Positions 27,734 through 36,707 of a DNA stretch of 64,000 nt are shown here, piece by piece. Below the pieces are notes generated by a model. That model made no database searches. It worked only from the letters and a program-made list of their open reading frames with translations, and had not been told where the DNA came from. The position numbers and the translations under genes were made by a program. Numbering within the stretch: position 1 is the stretch's first letter; each line of letters starts with the position of its first letter. The stretch lies in NCBI GenBank assembly GCA_050250415.1, contig JBFWOO010000003.1, positions 222,691 to 286,690 of the forward strand. Direction: 5' to 3'. The DNA is from Dehalococcoidia bacterium. GTDB lineage: Bacteria; Chloroflexota; Dehalococcoidia; UBA2979.

Positions 27734-28615
27734 GTGTCCGAGCCCTGGCAGCACTTCTACCAGTCCCAGCGCCTCAAGCTGTCCTACTGGACCTGGGGCG
27801 ACGCCAGCCGCCCGCCCCTCATCCTCGTCCACGGCGGGCGCGATCACGCCCGCAACTGGGACCGCGTCGCCGAGGCGTTCCGAGACGACTACCACGTCAT
27901 CGCCTGCGACCTCCGCGGTCACGGCGACTCGGAGTGGGCGCAGGGGAGCAGCTACTCGCTCGTCGAGCACATCCCGGACCTCGTCGCGCTGATCGACCTC
28001 GTGGGCGGCAGGGCGCCCGTCGTCGCACACTCCTTCGGCGGCGCAATCACGCTGCTCACCGCCGGCGTCTTCCCGGAGAAGTTCGAGAAGATCGTGGAGA
28101 TGGAGGGGATGGGCGCGCGCATGGAGGACCGCCAGGACCTCACCCCGGAACGCCTCCGCGACTGGGTGATGAAGGCACGGGCGATGGAGCAGCAGACCCC
28201 GCGCGTCTACCCCTCCTTCCGCGCGGCTTCCGAGCGCATGCGGGAAGCGAACAAGGCCCTGACGGACGAGATGGCGGACCACCTCGCGCGCTGGGGATCC
28301 AACGCGATCGACAACGGCTGGGTCTGGAAGTTCGACCCGTGGGTCCGTGGCCGGAACCCGGTGGAGATCCAGGTCCCGGAGATGGAGGCGATCTGGAAGA
28401 ACGTCCAGTGCCCCGTCCTCCACCTCGTCGGCGAGACCTCGCACTTCAAGCGCGACCGCTTCCACGAGCTGCCCCTCGATAGCTTCTTCAGCGACTCCCG
28501 TACCGAGGTCATCCGTGACGCCGGCCACTGGATGCACCACGATCAGCTCGACGCCACGGTCGACATGATCCGTGACTTCCTCGGCTCGCCGCCGCCACCG
28601 CGCCCCGAGGACTAG
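27734..28615 (+). CDS. Alpha/beta-hydrolase fold protein
   Basis: PLILVHGGRDHARNWD, nucleophile elbow VVAHSFGG, HW near the C-terminus. GTG start with AGGAG RBS at 27721. Confidence 0.8.
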   Translation: MSEPWQHFYQSQRLKLSYWTWGDASRPPLILVHGGRDHARNWDRVAEAFRDDYHVIACDLRGHGDSEWAQGSSYSLVEHIPDLVALIDLVGGRAPVVAHSFGGAITLLTAGVFPEKFEKIVEMEGMGARMEDRQDLTPERLRDWVMKARAMEQQTPRVYPSFRAASERMREANKALTDEMADHLARWGSNAIDNGWVWKFDPWVRGRNPVEIQVPEMEAIWKNVQCPVLHLVGETSHFKRDRFHELPLDSFFSDSRTEVIRDAGHWMHHDQLDATVDMIRDFLGSPPPPRPED

Positions 28616-28657
28616 CCCTCACGGACTGGCCCTCACGGACTGGCCCTCACGGACTGG
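28616..28657. repeat. Three tandem copies of a 14-bp unit (CCCTCACGGACTGG) immediately after the hydrolase stop codon
   Basis: Direct inspection of 28616-28657. Confidence 0.9.
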
Positions 28658-28680
28658 CCCCGGGGGGCGGTTGCGCCCGC

Positions 28681-29568
28681 TCAGGGGTTGCAGAAGCTGC
28701 ACTCCCCCGGCGACGCCGACGTCATCCCGTCCTCGCGAGGGCGCTCCTCGCGCGCATCGCACCGGGTGCATCGGTAGACCAGCGCCCGCGGATGCGCCGT
28801 CGGCGTCCCGCAGGCGCGACAGGGCAGCCCGTATTCCACCGCGACGGCGCCCCAGCCCGGGCTGCAGCACGCCGGGCACGGCGTGAGCAGCCGCTTCGTC
28901 AGCTGGAGCCCCAGCCGGCGGATGACCGCACGGCGCGTCGGGTTCACGTGCGCCCGCATGTCCGTCTCCACGCGCGCGAGGTGGTCCTCCGAGGCGCACG
29001 CCGCTGCCGCCACCGCGCGGGCGAGCGTGACCTCGTCGCGGATCCCCTTCACGGGGGCGATGCGCCGTCCGGCCGCGGGCATCACGATGAGCGCATGGGA
29101 CGGGAAGCGGGCGCGATCGAGGAACGACGGACGTCCGTACGGCCGCTCTGCCAGCGCACCCACGTCCGCGACCGTGACGCTCGCCATGTTCGTATCGAGG
29201 GTCACGACCGGCTCGATCACCTCGATGCCCTGATCGCGGTCGACGCAGGCGAGGAGCTCCTGGTGGACCAGGCTGAACGGCGCCGATGGGTGCGGCCCGA
29301 AGGAACCCTCGGAGGCGAAGGCCAGCGTGACGCCCGCCGCCTCACAGCCCATGCGCGCCTTGCGGAGCACCACCTCGGCCGGCGGGCCCGGGCGGGGGAC
29401 CTCCCCGGTGAAGGTCCCCAGGACGTCCGTGTCCAGGCCGGGCCCGCGCCGCAGATCGACCCCGAGGCCGCAACGCAGCGGGAGCGCGAGGCTCCGCTCC
29501 TTGCCGTGCATCGTTGCGACGACCGCGGCGCGCCCCGCGAACCGCGACCGGAGGCGGCTGGGCGACAT
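28681..29568 (-). CDS. Conserved hypothetical protein with C-terminal Cys-rich zinc-ribbon-like motifs
   Basis: Start MSPSRLRS at 29568, 8 nt after the ccr stop. C-terminus has CPACC...CRAC...CTRC...CSFC. No family confidently assigned. The 604-aa track ORF is read-through. Confidence 0.55.
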   Translation of the reverse strand: MSPSRLRSRFAGRAAVVATMHGKERSLALPLRCGLGVDLRRGPGLDTDVLGTFTGEVPRPGPPAEVVLRKARMGCEAAGVTLAFASEGSFGPHPSAPFSLVHQELLACVDRDQGIEVIEPVVTLDTNMASVTVADVGALAERPYGRPSFLDRARFPSHALIVMPAAGRRIAPVKGIRDEVTLARAVAAAACASEDHLARVETDMRAHVNPTRRAVIRRLGLQLTKRLLTPCPACCSPGWGAVAVEYGLPCRACGTPTAHPRALVYRCTRCDAREERPREDGMTSASPGECSFCNP

Positions 29569-29576
29569 CACGGCGG

Positions 29577-30854
29577 TCACGAGACACCCACCGGGGCGCG
29601 GTCTTCCGCCCACGGCGCCGCCGTCATCCCGGGCCGGGTGGCGTTCACCAGGATCGCCATGTTCCCGGGCGGATGGCGGTTCTCGAACATCGCCTGGTGG
29701 CTCTCCGCCACCTCGTCGAACGTGAAGGTCTGCGAGAGGCAGGGAGAGACCCGCCCCTCGGTGACGAGCTGGTTCAGTGCCGCGCACTGCTCCGTGTTCG
29801 CGAAGTGCGAACCCTGCAGCCGCTTCTGCCGCATCCACAGGTGACGCAGATCGACGTCGGCGTTGTAGCCGCTCGTGCCGGCGCAGATGACCACCATCCC
29901 CGCCCGGTCGACGACGTACATCGAGGTCGGGATGGTCTGCTCGCCTGGGTGGTCGAACACGAGCATCGGGTTCCGGCGCTCGCCCAGCACCTCCCAGAAG
30001 CGCTCGCCGAAGGCGCGCGCCCCGCGCGACCACTCCGCCGTCGCCTCCGGGTCGTCCAGGTCCGGGAGCCGGCCCCAGTGCGAGAACTCGCGGCGGTCGA
30101 TGACCCCGTGGGCGCCGATCGTCCGACAGTAGGCGGCGCGCTCCTCGCCCGAGACCACCGCGATCGGCACGCCGCCCAGCTCGCGCGTGATCTGGATCGC
30201 CATCACCCCGAGTCCACCGGCGCCGCCCCAGATCAGCACCGGGTCGCCCGGGCGCACGTCGTTTGGCGCGAAGCCGGTCAGCATCCGGTACGCCGTCGCG
30301 CCAACGAGCATGTACGCCGCCGCTTCCTCCCAGTTGAGGTGTGCCGGCTTCGGGTGGCACTGGTAGTCGCGGACCAGCGCGTACTGGGCGAACGTCCCCC
30401 AGTTGTCCTCGTACCCCCACGTGCGCGCCGAGGTGGACGTGATCGGGTCCGCTCCCGCCTGGATGTCGGCGGCCTCCGGATCCCAGACCCCGCACGAGAG
30501 GACCACCTCGTCGCCGACCGCGACGTTCGTGACGCCCTCGCCCACGGCCCAGACAATGCCCGCGCCGTCCGACCCGCCGATGTGGAAGTCCTCGGGCTCC
30601 CCGCGCCGCTGACGCGCGGCGACCACGTCGAGGGGCTTCCCGAGCGCGGCCCAGACGTTGTTGTAGTTCGTCCCGGCCGCCATCACGTAGACCAGCACCT
30701 GGCCGCGCCCTGGGTGGGGGACCGGTACTTCCTCGCGCTGGAACGCGGTGCGCGGCGTCCCGTAGCGCTCGGGCCGGATCACGCTCGCGTGCATTCGCTC
30801 CGGGATCAGGCCCAGCGCAGGGGCCTCGCCGAGTCCATAGATCGCCTGTGCCAT
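29577..30854 (-). CDS. ccr: Crotonyl-CoA carboxylase/reductase family (MDR superfamily)
   Basis: 425-aa MDR enzyme with the long N-terminal extension and motifs typical of the CCR family (…[12 protein letters not shown]…, [13 protein letters not shown]…, …PGNMAILV…). Confidence 0.8.
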   Translation of the reverse strand: MAQAIYGLGEAPALGLIPERMHASVIRPERYGTPRTAFQREEVPVPHPGRGQVLVYVMAAGTNYNNVWAALGKPLDVVAARQRRGEPEDFHIGGSDGAGIVWAVGEGVTNVAVGDEVVLSCGVWDPEAADIQAGADPITSTSARTWGYEDNWGTFAQYALVRDYQCHPKPAHLNWEEAAAYMLVGATAYRMLTGFAPNDVRPGDPVLIWGGAGGLGVMAIQITRELGGVPIAVVSGEERAAYCRTIGAHGVIDRREFSHWGRLPDLDDPEATAEWSRGARAFGERFWEVLGERRNPMLVFDHPGEQTIPTSMYVVDRAGMVVICAGTSGYNADVDLRHLWMRQKRLQGSHFANTEQCAALNQLVTEGRVSPCLSQTFTFDEVAESHQAMFENRHPPGNMAILVNATRPGMTAAPWAEDRAPVGVS

Positions 30855-30923
30855 CGTCGTCGCCGTTCTACCCGGCAGCCGGCAGGGGAAGAGGGGGGCC
30901 TACCGGCTGCCGGGCCTGGGGGG

Positions 30924-31100
30924 CTAGCTGGCTCGTCGCTGCTGCCAGGAGAACGTGAGCTCCCGCGTCTCGCGGGGGCGCGCGTTCGTCCCGCGGCACG
31001 TGGCCGGCTGCGTGAAGTCGCCGTCCCGCCGGAGGTCGCCGCACTGGCAGCAGCGCGGCTGACCGTGGTCCCCGTGCCAGTGGTGTCCAGAGAAGGCCAT
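30924..31100 (-). CDS. Candidate small His/Cys-rich protein (58 aa) not in the supplied ORF track
   Basis: ATG at 31100 with AAGGA 7 nt upstream. Encodes MAFSGHHWHGDHGQPRCCQCGDLRRDGDFTQPATCRG..., high GC3, located between icd and ccr on the same strand. Confidence 0.35.
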   Translation of the reverse strand: MAFSGHHWHGDHGQPRCCQCGDLRRDGDFTQPATCRGTNARPRETRELTFSWQQRRAS

Positions 31101-31139
31101 CGTCGGTTCCTTTCGTGCTCCGGTCCGTCGTGGCGGGGC

Positions 31140-32618
31140 CTACTGGCCCTGGCCGAGGGAGAAGCCGGGCTCCCCGTCGAACGTGCAGAGCGACTCGGTC
31201 TTGATGAAGTCGACGCCGGCGGCGGAGACGCGCCCGAGCAGCTCCACGATCTGCGCGTGGGTGACCGGGCTCCCGTCCGGCGCCTGGAACCGGCACCGCC
31301 AGTGGTCGGTGCAGAAGGTCTCGGGCAGGCCGCCGGGCCACACCTTCACGCCGCGGTTCGTGATCATCTGGAGCGCGAGCCCGTTGGGCGTCGCCGCGAG
31401 CAGCGCCTCCGCCAGCGAGTCCGCCGTGTGCTCCACGCTGTCCACGAAGACGTCGACGCCCACCATCTCCTTGACGGAGCGCGGGCCCGGCTCCCACGCC
31501 GGCACGCCGCCCTCGGTGGCGGTGTACGCCACGGGCGTCAGCTGCTGCGGCTCCTGCCCCAGCCGGGCGATGACGGCGTCCGCGAACCCGGACGTCCCTA
31601 CCTGCTCCCGCGACACTCCGGGCTCGAAGATGTCGTAGGTGTGGACGCCGTCCTCGATGGTGCGGAGCCAGGCGTTGTGCGCCCGCGTCGCCACCTCCGG
31701 CTGGCCGATGTGCACCAGCATCTGCACGGCCGCGAGGAAGAGCCCGGACGGGTTCGCGAGGTCCTGGCCGGCCCGCCGCGGGGCGGAGCCGTGGATCGCC
31801 TCGAACATCGCGCAGTGCTCACCGATGTTTGCCGATCCCGCGAGGCCCACCGAGCCGGCGATCTGCGCCGCCACGTCCGAGAGCACGTCGCCGTAGAGGT
31901 TCGGCATCACGATGACGTCGAACGCCTCGGGCGTGTCCGCGAGCTTCGCCGCGCCAATGTCGACGATCCAGTGCTCGTTCTCGATGTCCGGGTACTCGGC
32001 GGCCACCTCGTCGAAGACCCGGTGGAAGAGGCCGTCCGTCAGCTTCATGATGTTGTCTTTGGTGAAGCAGGTGACCTTCTTCCGCCCGTGCAGGCGGGCG
32101 TACTCGAAGGCGTACCGGACGATCTTCTCGGTCCCCGGCCGCGTGATGAGCTTCAGGCACTGCATCACCTGGTCGGTCTGCCGGTGCTCGATGCCCGCGT
32201 ACAGGTCTTCCTCGTTCTCGCGGATGATCACCACGTCCATGCCGGGGTGCTTCGTCGCCACGAACGGGTGGTAGGCGACGCATGGCCGCACGTTGGCGTA
32301 GAGGCCCAGCGTCTTGCGGACGGTGACGTTCAGGCTCTTGAAGCCACCGCCCTGCGGCGTCGTGATCGGCGCCTTCAGGAAGACGCGTGTCCGGCGCAGC
32401 GACTCCCACGCGGATGGCTCGATGCCGGCGCTCAGCCCGCGCTCGTACACCGCCTCGCCGATCTCGATGCGCTCCGGCGCGAGGCGCGCGCCGGCCGCCT
32501 CGATGATGCGGAGCGTCGCCTCCATGATCTCGGGCCCGATCCCGTCGCCGTACGCGACGGTGATCGGCGTCGCCTGGGCCGTCGTGCGCTCTTGCGTCGT
32601 GGCCGTCTGCGTCGTCAT
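31140..32618 (-). CDS. icd: Isocitrate dehydrogenase (isocitrate/isopropylmalate dehydrogenase family) with a ~140-aa C-terminal extension
   Basis: ITVAYGDGIGPEIMEA, ...NLYGDVLSDVAAQIAGSVGLAGSANIG..., ...HGSAPRRAGQDLANP..., plus an extra C-terminal domain. Confidence 0.85.
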   Translation of the reverse strand: MTTQTATTQERTTAQATPITVAYGDGIGPEIMEATLRIIEAAGARLAPERIEIGEAVYERGLSAGIEPSAWESLRRTRVFLKAPITTPQGGGFKSLNVTVRKTLGLYANVRPCVAYHPFVATKHPGMDVVIIRENEEDLYAGIEHRQTDQVMQCLKLITRPGTEKIVRYAFEYARLHGRKKVTCFTKDNIMKLTDGLFHRVFDEVAAEYPDIENEHWIVDIGAAKLADTPEAFDVIVMPNLYGDVLSDVAAQIAGSVGLAGSANIGEHCAMFEAIHGSAPRRAGQDLANPSGLFLAAVQMLVHIGQPEVATRAHNAWLRTIEDGVHTYDIFEPGVSREQVGTSGFADAVIARLGQEPQQLTPVAYTATEGGVPAWEPGPRSVKEMVGVDVFVDSVEHTADSLAEALLAATPNGLALQMITNRGVKVWPGGLPETFCTDHWRCRFQAPDGSPVTHAQIVELLGRVSAAGVDFIKTESLCTFDGEPGFSLGQGQ

Positions 32619-32813
32619 CGAGTCACCTTCCTTTCGCGACTAGAAACATACGAAACGAAAGTCAGGTAACGCAAGACGCGAGACGCTAATCCTGTCAATG
32701 TTTACCTGATTGTCAGGAATCGTGATTCTGGAGATGAGTGTCATGAATCCGCGAGCGGGAGTGGTTGCGTCGTTCCGGAATCCCGAATCCGCTATGCGGC
32801 TATACTGATTTCC
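32619..32813. promoter_or_regulatory. AT-rich divergent control region between icd and a wHTH regulator, with repeated GTCAGG/CCTGAC-type half-sites and a TATACT -10 abutting the regulator start
   Basis: Inverted repeat TCAGGTAA (32662-32669) / TTACCTGA (32702-32709). GTCAGG at 32661 and 32712, CCTGTCA at 32691. Palindrome GAATCGTGATTC at 32717-32728. TATACT at 32801-32806, only 7 nt before ATG 32814 (leaderless-type). Confidence 0.45.
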
Positions 32814-33113
32814 ATGGTCGACGAACGTGGCGCCCGCTGGACGTTCCTCACGAACTACGGGCACGTCCTGCTCTTCATCGCGAAGCACCCGGATGCGCGC
32901 CTCCGCGACGTCGCCGAGGCCGTTGGCATCACCGAGCGCGCCGCGCAGCGCATCGTGTACGACCTCGTGGAGGAGGGTTACCTCGACCGCGAGCGCGAGG
33001 GGCGGCGCAACCGCTACACCGTGCAGCTCGACCGCCCGCTCCGCCACCCGCTGGAGAGCGAACACACCATCGAGGAGCTCATGACGACCCTCGGCGCCGA
33101 GCCGCGTCACTGA
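32814..33113 (+). CDS. Small winged-helix (HTH) transcriptional regulator
   Basis: 99 aa with a predicted HTH (LRDVAEAVGITERAAQRIVYDLVEEGYL). Confidence 0.65.
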   Translation: MVDERGARWTFLTNYGHVLLFIAKHPDARLRDVAEAVGITERAAQRIVYDLVEEGYLDREREGRRNRYTVQLDRPLRHPLESEHTIEELMTTLGAEPRH

Positions 33114-33250
33114 CCGCGTTGCGTCTCCGCCGGCCGTGCGCGACCTCGGCCTCGCCCCCGACGCCGCTGCTCCCCCTCAGCGGGAGCTAGAGGCCGCTCC
33201 TGCATCGCCGCCTCGTCGTTACACTTCGTAAGCAGCCACGAGGAGTCCCC

Positions 33251-33694
33251 ATGCCGGAAGACCGCGAATACATCCCCAGCCCGTCCCAGTGGGTGCGCGA
33301 CCAGGTCGAGCTCTACGAGCGCACCAATGGCGCGGAGGGCTACACCCTGCGCGACAGCGGCATGCCCGTCGTCATCATCACCAACGTCGGGAACAAGACC
33401 GGCGCGATCCGCAAGACGCCGGTGATGCGCGTGAAGGTCGGCGACACCTACGTCGCCATCGGCTCGAAGGGCGGCGCCCCCGAGCACCCCGTGTGGGTCC
33501 ACAACCTCCGCGCCAACCCGGACGTCACCCTGCGTGACCGTGACCAGGTGACGGAGATGCGCGTCCGCGAGGTCACTGACCCGGAGGAGCGCGCCCGCCT
33601 CTGGTCCGCCGCCGCCGAGGCGTACCCGCCCTACAACGACTACCAGGCGAAGACGGATCGCACGATCCCCGTGTTCGCCCTCGAGCCGCGCTAG
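33251..33694 (+). CDS. Deazaflavin (F420)-dependent nitroreductase/quinone-reductase family protein (DUF385)
   Basis: ...MPVVIITNVGNKTGAIRKTPVMRV...GSKGGAPEHPVWVHNLRANPDVTL... Confidence 0.75.
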   Translation: MPEDREYIPSPSQWVRDQVELYERTNGAEGYTLRDSGMPVVIITNVGNKTGAIRKTPVMRVKVGDTYVAIGSKGGAPEHPVWVHNLRANPDVTLRDRDQVTEMRVREVTDPEERARLWSAAAEAYPPYNDYQAKTDRTIPVFALEPR

Positions 33695-33724
33695 CTCCCG
33701 GACCCGCTCCTCACGGTTCCTCAA

Positions 33725-33762
33725 CGCCCCGGGGCACTTTGTCCCGGGGCGCACAAGTGCGC
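33725..33762. promoter_or_regulatory. Two adjacent GC-rich palindromes between the DUF385 gene and accDA (terminator and/or operator candidate)
   Basis: CGCCCCGGGGCACTTTGTCCCGGGGCG hairpin (33725-33751) overlapping the 14-bp perfect palindrome GCGCACAAGTGCGC (33749-33762). Confidence 0.3.
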
Positions 33763-33848
33763 GTCCTACACTCGAACGACAACCCAGCGCAGCCTTCGTC
33801 TGCCGCTTGAGGAAAGGCACCGAGGGCGCGACCAGAACCGAGGACCTG

Positions 33849-35564
33849 ATGACCACCGCGACCGGACCGACCGAGGACACCCGACCCCTCTCGGCGCGCG
33901 AATGGATCGAGCTCCTCTTCGACGAGGGCTCCTTCGACGAGCAGTACACCGGCATCCCCACCCCCGACCCACTCCGCTTCGAGGACTCCCAGACCTACCC
34001 CGAGCGTCTCGAGGAGGCGCGCAAGAAGACCGGCGACAGCGAGGCCGTCGTCACCGGCTCCGCGCGCATCGGCGGCTTCCGCGTCGTCGTCGCCGTGAGC
34101 GACTTCCGCTTCATCGGCGGCTCGATGGGCTACGTCGTCGGCGAGCGCGTCGCGCACGCGATGGACCGCGCCGGCGAGGCAAAGATCCCCTTCATCGCCG
34201 TCACCTGCTCCGGCGGTGCGCGCATGCAGGAGGGCATGGTCGCCCTCATCCAGCTCGCGAAGACCACCGCCTCCGCTGCGCGCCTCCATGAGGCGGGGAT
34301 CCCGATGATCTCCGTGCTCGCGAACCCCACGACGGGCGGCGTGTTCGCCTCCTACGGCACGCAGGCGGACGTGCTCATCGCGGAGGCAGGCGCCCTCATC
34401 GGCTTCGCCGGGCCGCGCGTCCGCGCCGTTCACGACGACGGCGACGAGCGCGAGACGCTCTACGCCGAGGACCTCCACGCCTACGGCCAGGTCGACCTCG
34501 TCGCGCCGCGGCCGCAGCTGCGCGATCAGCTCCTCACCGTCGTCTCGCTCGTCCAGCGCACGCCCGGGCCGGACCCGGACCGCCTCCCGCCGCCCGTCGA
34601 GGTGCGCGGGCAGGACCGCGGCTGGGCCGTCGTCGAGCGCGCCCGCCACCCCGAGCGCCCGCGCGCGCTCCACTACATCCGCGCGCTCGCCTCGGACTTC
34701 GTGCCGCTGCGCGGCGACCGCTCTGGCGAGGACGACCCGGCGCTCGTCGGCGGCCTCGCCCGCATCGGCGACACCAACGTCGTCGTCATCGGCCAGGAGC
34801 GCGGCGACCTCGACCTCAAGGGCCGCCGCCACGACGGGCGTGTCGCGCCCGCCGGCTACCGCAAGGCGCGGCGGCTGATGCAGCTCGCGGACCGACTCCG
34901 CCTGCCGCTCATCACCTTCGTCGACACCCCCGGCGCGCACGACGGCATCGCCGACGAGCGTGGCGGCCTCGCCGCCACGATCTCGGACTGCCTCACGACC
35001 ATGGCCTCGCTCACCACGCCGTCCGTCGCGGTCGTCATCGGCGAGGGCGGCTCGGGCGGTGCACTGGCGCTCACGTGGGCGGACCGCATCCTCATGCAGC
35101 AGAACGCGATGTACGCGATCACCTCGCCCGAGGGCGCCGCGGCGATCCTCTTCCGCGACCGCGAGCGCGCGCCCGAGGTGGCGGAGGCGCTCGGCGTCGC
35201 CGCCGGCGACCTGCTCGGCCTGGGCATCATCGACGCGGTGATTCCGGAGCCGGCCGGCGGTGCCCACCTCGACCCGGAGGGCGCGGTGCGTCTGCTCCGC
35301 CCGGAGCTGCGCCGGGCGCTCGCGAACGCCATGCGCGGCCGCGGCTCCCAGCGCCGCGACCGCCGCGAGCGCCGGCTCCGCGAGATCGGCCTGCCGCACG
35401 AGGAAGGCGCCGCGTTCCTCCGGAACATCGGCGACGTCCTCGGCGATCTCGGCGGCGCGATCGGCTCACGCCTGCGCCGCCGTGGATCGCACGCGGAGCC
35501 GGAGGCCGGCGGGAACGGGGCGAGCGAGCCGCGCGAGTCGGAGGCTGCGACCAGCCGCGGGTAA
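33849..35564 (+). CDS. Acetyl-CoA carboxylase carboxyltransferase, fused beta (AccD) - alpha (AccA) subunits, without the AccD N-terminal zinc finger
   Basis: N-terminal half aligns motif by motif with AccD (GGSMGYVVGERV, CSGGARMQEG, LANPTTGGVFASYG, GFAGPRV). C-terminal half aligns with AccA (APAGYRKARRLMQLADR, PLITFVDTPGA, VIGEGGSGGALAL, IPEPAGGAH). Confidence 0.85.
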   Translation: MTTATGPTEDTRPLSAREWIELLFDEGSFDEQYTGIPTPDPLRFEDSQTYPERLEEARKKTGDSEAVVTGSARIGGFRVVVAVSDFRFIGGSMGYVVGERVAHAMDRAGEAKIPFIAVTCSGGARMQEGMVALIQLAKTTASAARLHEAGIPMISVLANPTTGGVFASYGTQADVLIAEAGALIGFAGPRVRAVHDDGDERETLYAEDLHAYGQVDLVAPRPQLRDQLLTVVSLVQRTPGPDPDRLPPPVEVRGQDRGWAVVERARHPERPRALHYIRALASDFVPLRGDRSGEDDPALVGGLARIGDTNVVVIGQERGDLDLKGRRHDGRVAPAGYRKARRLMQLADRLRLPLITFVDTPGAHDGIADERGGLAATISDCLTTMASLTTPSVAVVIGEGGSGGALALTWADRILMQQNAMYAITSPEGAAAILFRDRERAPEVAEALGVAAGDLLGLGIIDAVIPEPAGGAHLDPEGAVRLLRPELRRALANAMRGRGSQRRDRRERRLREIGLPHEEGAAFLRNIGDVLGDLGGAIGSRLRRRGSHAEPEAGGNGASEPRESEAATSRG

Positions 35565-35619
35565 CCGCGGCCGGTCCGCCCTCGCATCAGGGCTGCGCGG
35601 CCGCGAGGTCCGCGCGCGC

Positions 35620-36549
35620 CTAGCGGCGGCCGGGTGGGAACGTGACGGCGTAGGCCGGGGCGACGTAGAGCCACACCTCGGCGGCCCGCCCGCCGCGGTC
35701 GGCCCGTGCGATCAGCGCGCCCGTCGAGGGGAGCACTCGCCCCGTCGGAGCCAGCATCCCGATGGGGCCGGTGTGCACGCCGCTCATCCGGAACGGCGCG
35801 ATCACGAACGGCCCGTCGAACATCACGTCCTCGATCTCGATCGCCAGGTCGTGCAGGCCGGTCCCGATGCGCTCGAACAGCTCATCGAGGCCGTCTCCGC
35901 CCGTGGCGTCGCCGTTGCCAAGGTGCACCACGCCCTCCGGCGCCAGCGATTCAGTGATCGACGAGACGAAGTCGTGGCCGGACTCGGCGCCGCGCACCCA
36001 CGACTCGTACAGCGCGCGCGCCTCGCGCTCGCCCGCCCCGTCCGCCTGGGGCGGCGCGAGGCGCACGCCACGCGGCGGGAACGCGAAGCCGAAGCCCGGG
36101 TTCAGGTAGGCCCACAGCTCGGAGACCTTGAGGTCGGACGTGATGCGACAGATGAAGGCGCCCATCACGTCGAACGAACCGCCGCGGGGGACGAACGGTG
36201 TCCGGGCCGTGGCCGATCCGATCATCCGGACACGAACCACCACGCGGTCGTCCGGGAACAGGCCGTCCTCGAACTCGATCTCGAGGTCCGGGAACACGAG
36301 GCCCGCCGAAGCACTGTGCTTCGTCGCGACCTCGGGCGGCACGATGTCGCCGTTCTGGATGTGGACACGGGCGTTCGGGGCGAGCACGCGGTACATCGCC
36401 TCGACGAGATCGACCGAGCCCTCGGCCAGGCCGATGAACGCGCGGATGAACTCCTGGCCACGCGTCCGCAGCGCGGCTCGGTGCTCCTCGTTCATCGTCG
36501 CCTTCCCGCCGATCCGCCCGACCGGTGCATCGAAGCTACCGGAGTGCAT
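35620..36549 (-). CDS. Tandem SnoaL-like/ester-cyclase (NTF2-like) domain protein
   Basis: Two ~130-aa repeats, each with the ester-cyclase pattern (…FIRAFIGLAEGSVDLVEAMYRVLAPNARVHIQNG…, …LDELFERIGTGLHDLAIEIEDVMFDG…). Start at MHSGSF (36549) or MNEEHR (36495); the 506-aa track ORF is read-through. Confidence 0.55.
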   Translation of the reverse strand: MHSGSFDAPVGRIGGKATMNEEHRAALRTRGQEFIRAFIGLAEGSVDLVEAMYRVLAPNARVHIQNGDIVPPEVATKHSASAGLVFPDLEIEFEDGLFPDDRVVVRVRMIGSATARTPFVPRGGSFDVMGAFICRITSDLKVSELWAYLNPGFGFAFPPRGVRLAPPQADGAGEREARALYESWVRGAESGHDFVSSITESLAPEGVVHLGNGDATGGDGLDELFERIGTGLHDLAIEIEDVMFDGPFVIAPFRMSGVHTGPIGMLAPTGRVLPSTGALIARADRGGRAAEVWLYVAPAYAVTFPPGRR

Positions 36550-36649
36550 CGCTTGCCGCGACGGGGAAACGCTGATTTCGATGTCAGCAATGTCAGGATG
36601 TGCCTGGCACGCCTGCACCGATTTCGCTAATCGGCGGGGGAAGATGATG

Positions 36650-36685
36650 CGCAGAAAAAGGAACCGCCGGTCACCCGGCGGTTCC
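36650..36685 (-). terminator. Rho-independent terminator of the LLM oxidoreductase gene
   Basis: Perfect 11-bp stem GGAACCGCCGG / CCGGCGGTTCC with a 4-nt loop (36660-36685), then a UUUUU run on the minus-strand transcript (AAAAA at 36655-36659 on plus). Confidence 0.6.
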
Positions 36686-36707
36686 CCTGCATGAAGGTGA
36701 CGGTGGG

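Noticed and set aside
28681-30495. 604-aa ORF overlapping ccr
   Set aside because: Its N-terminal 300 aa are an alternate frame of the ccr region. The supported gene starts at MSPSRL (29568).
30868-31497. 209-aa minus ORF overlapping the icd 3' end
   Set aside because: Low-complexity R/G/A translation overlapping the conserved icd C-terminus. The shorter His/Cys ORF 30924..31100 with an RBS is the better candidate in this gap.
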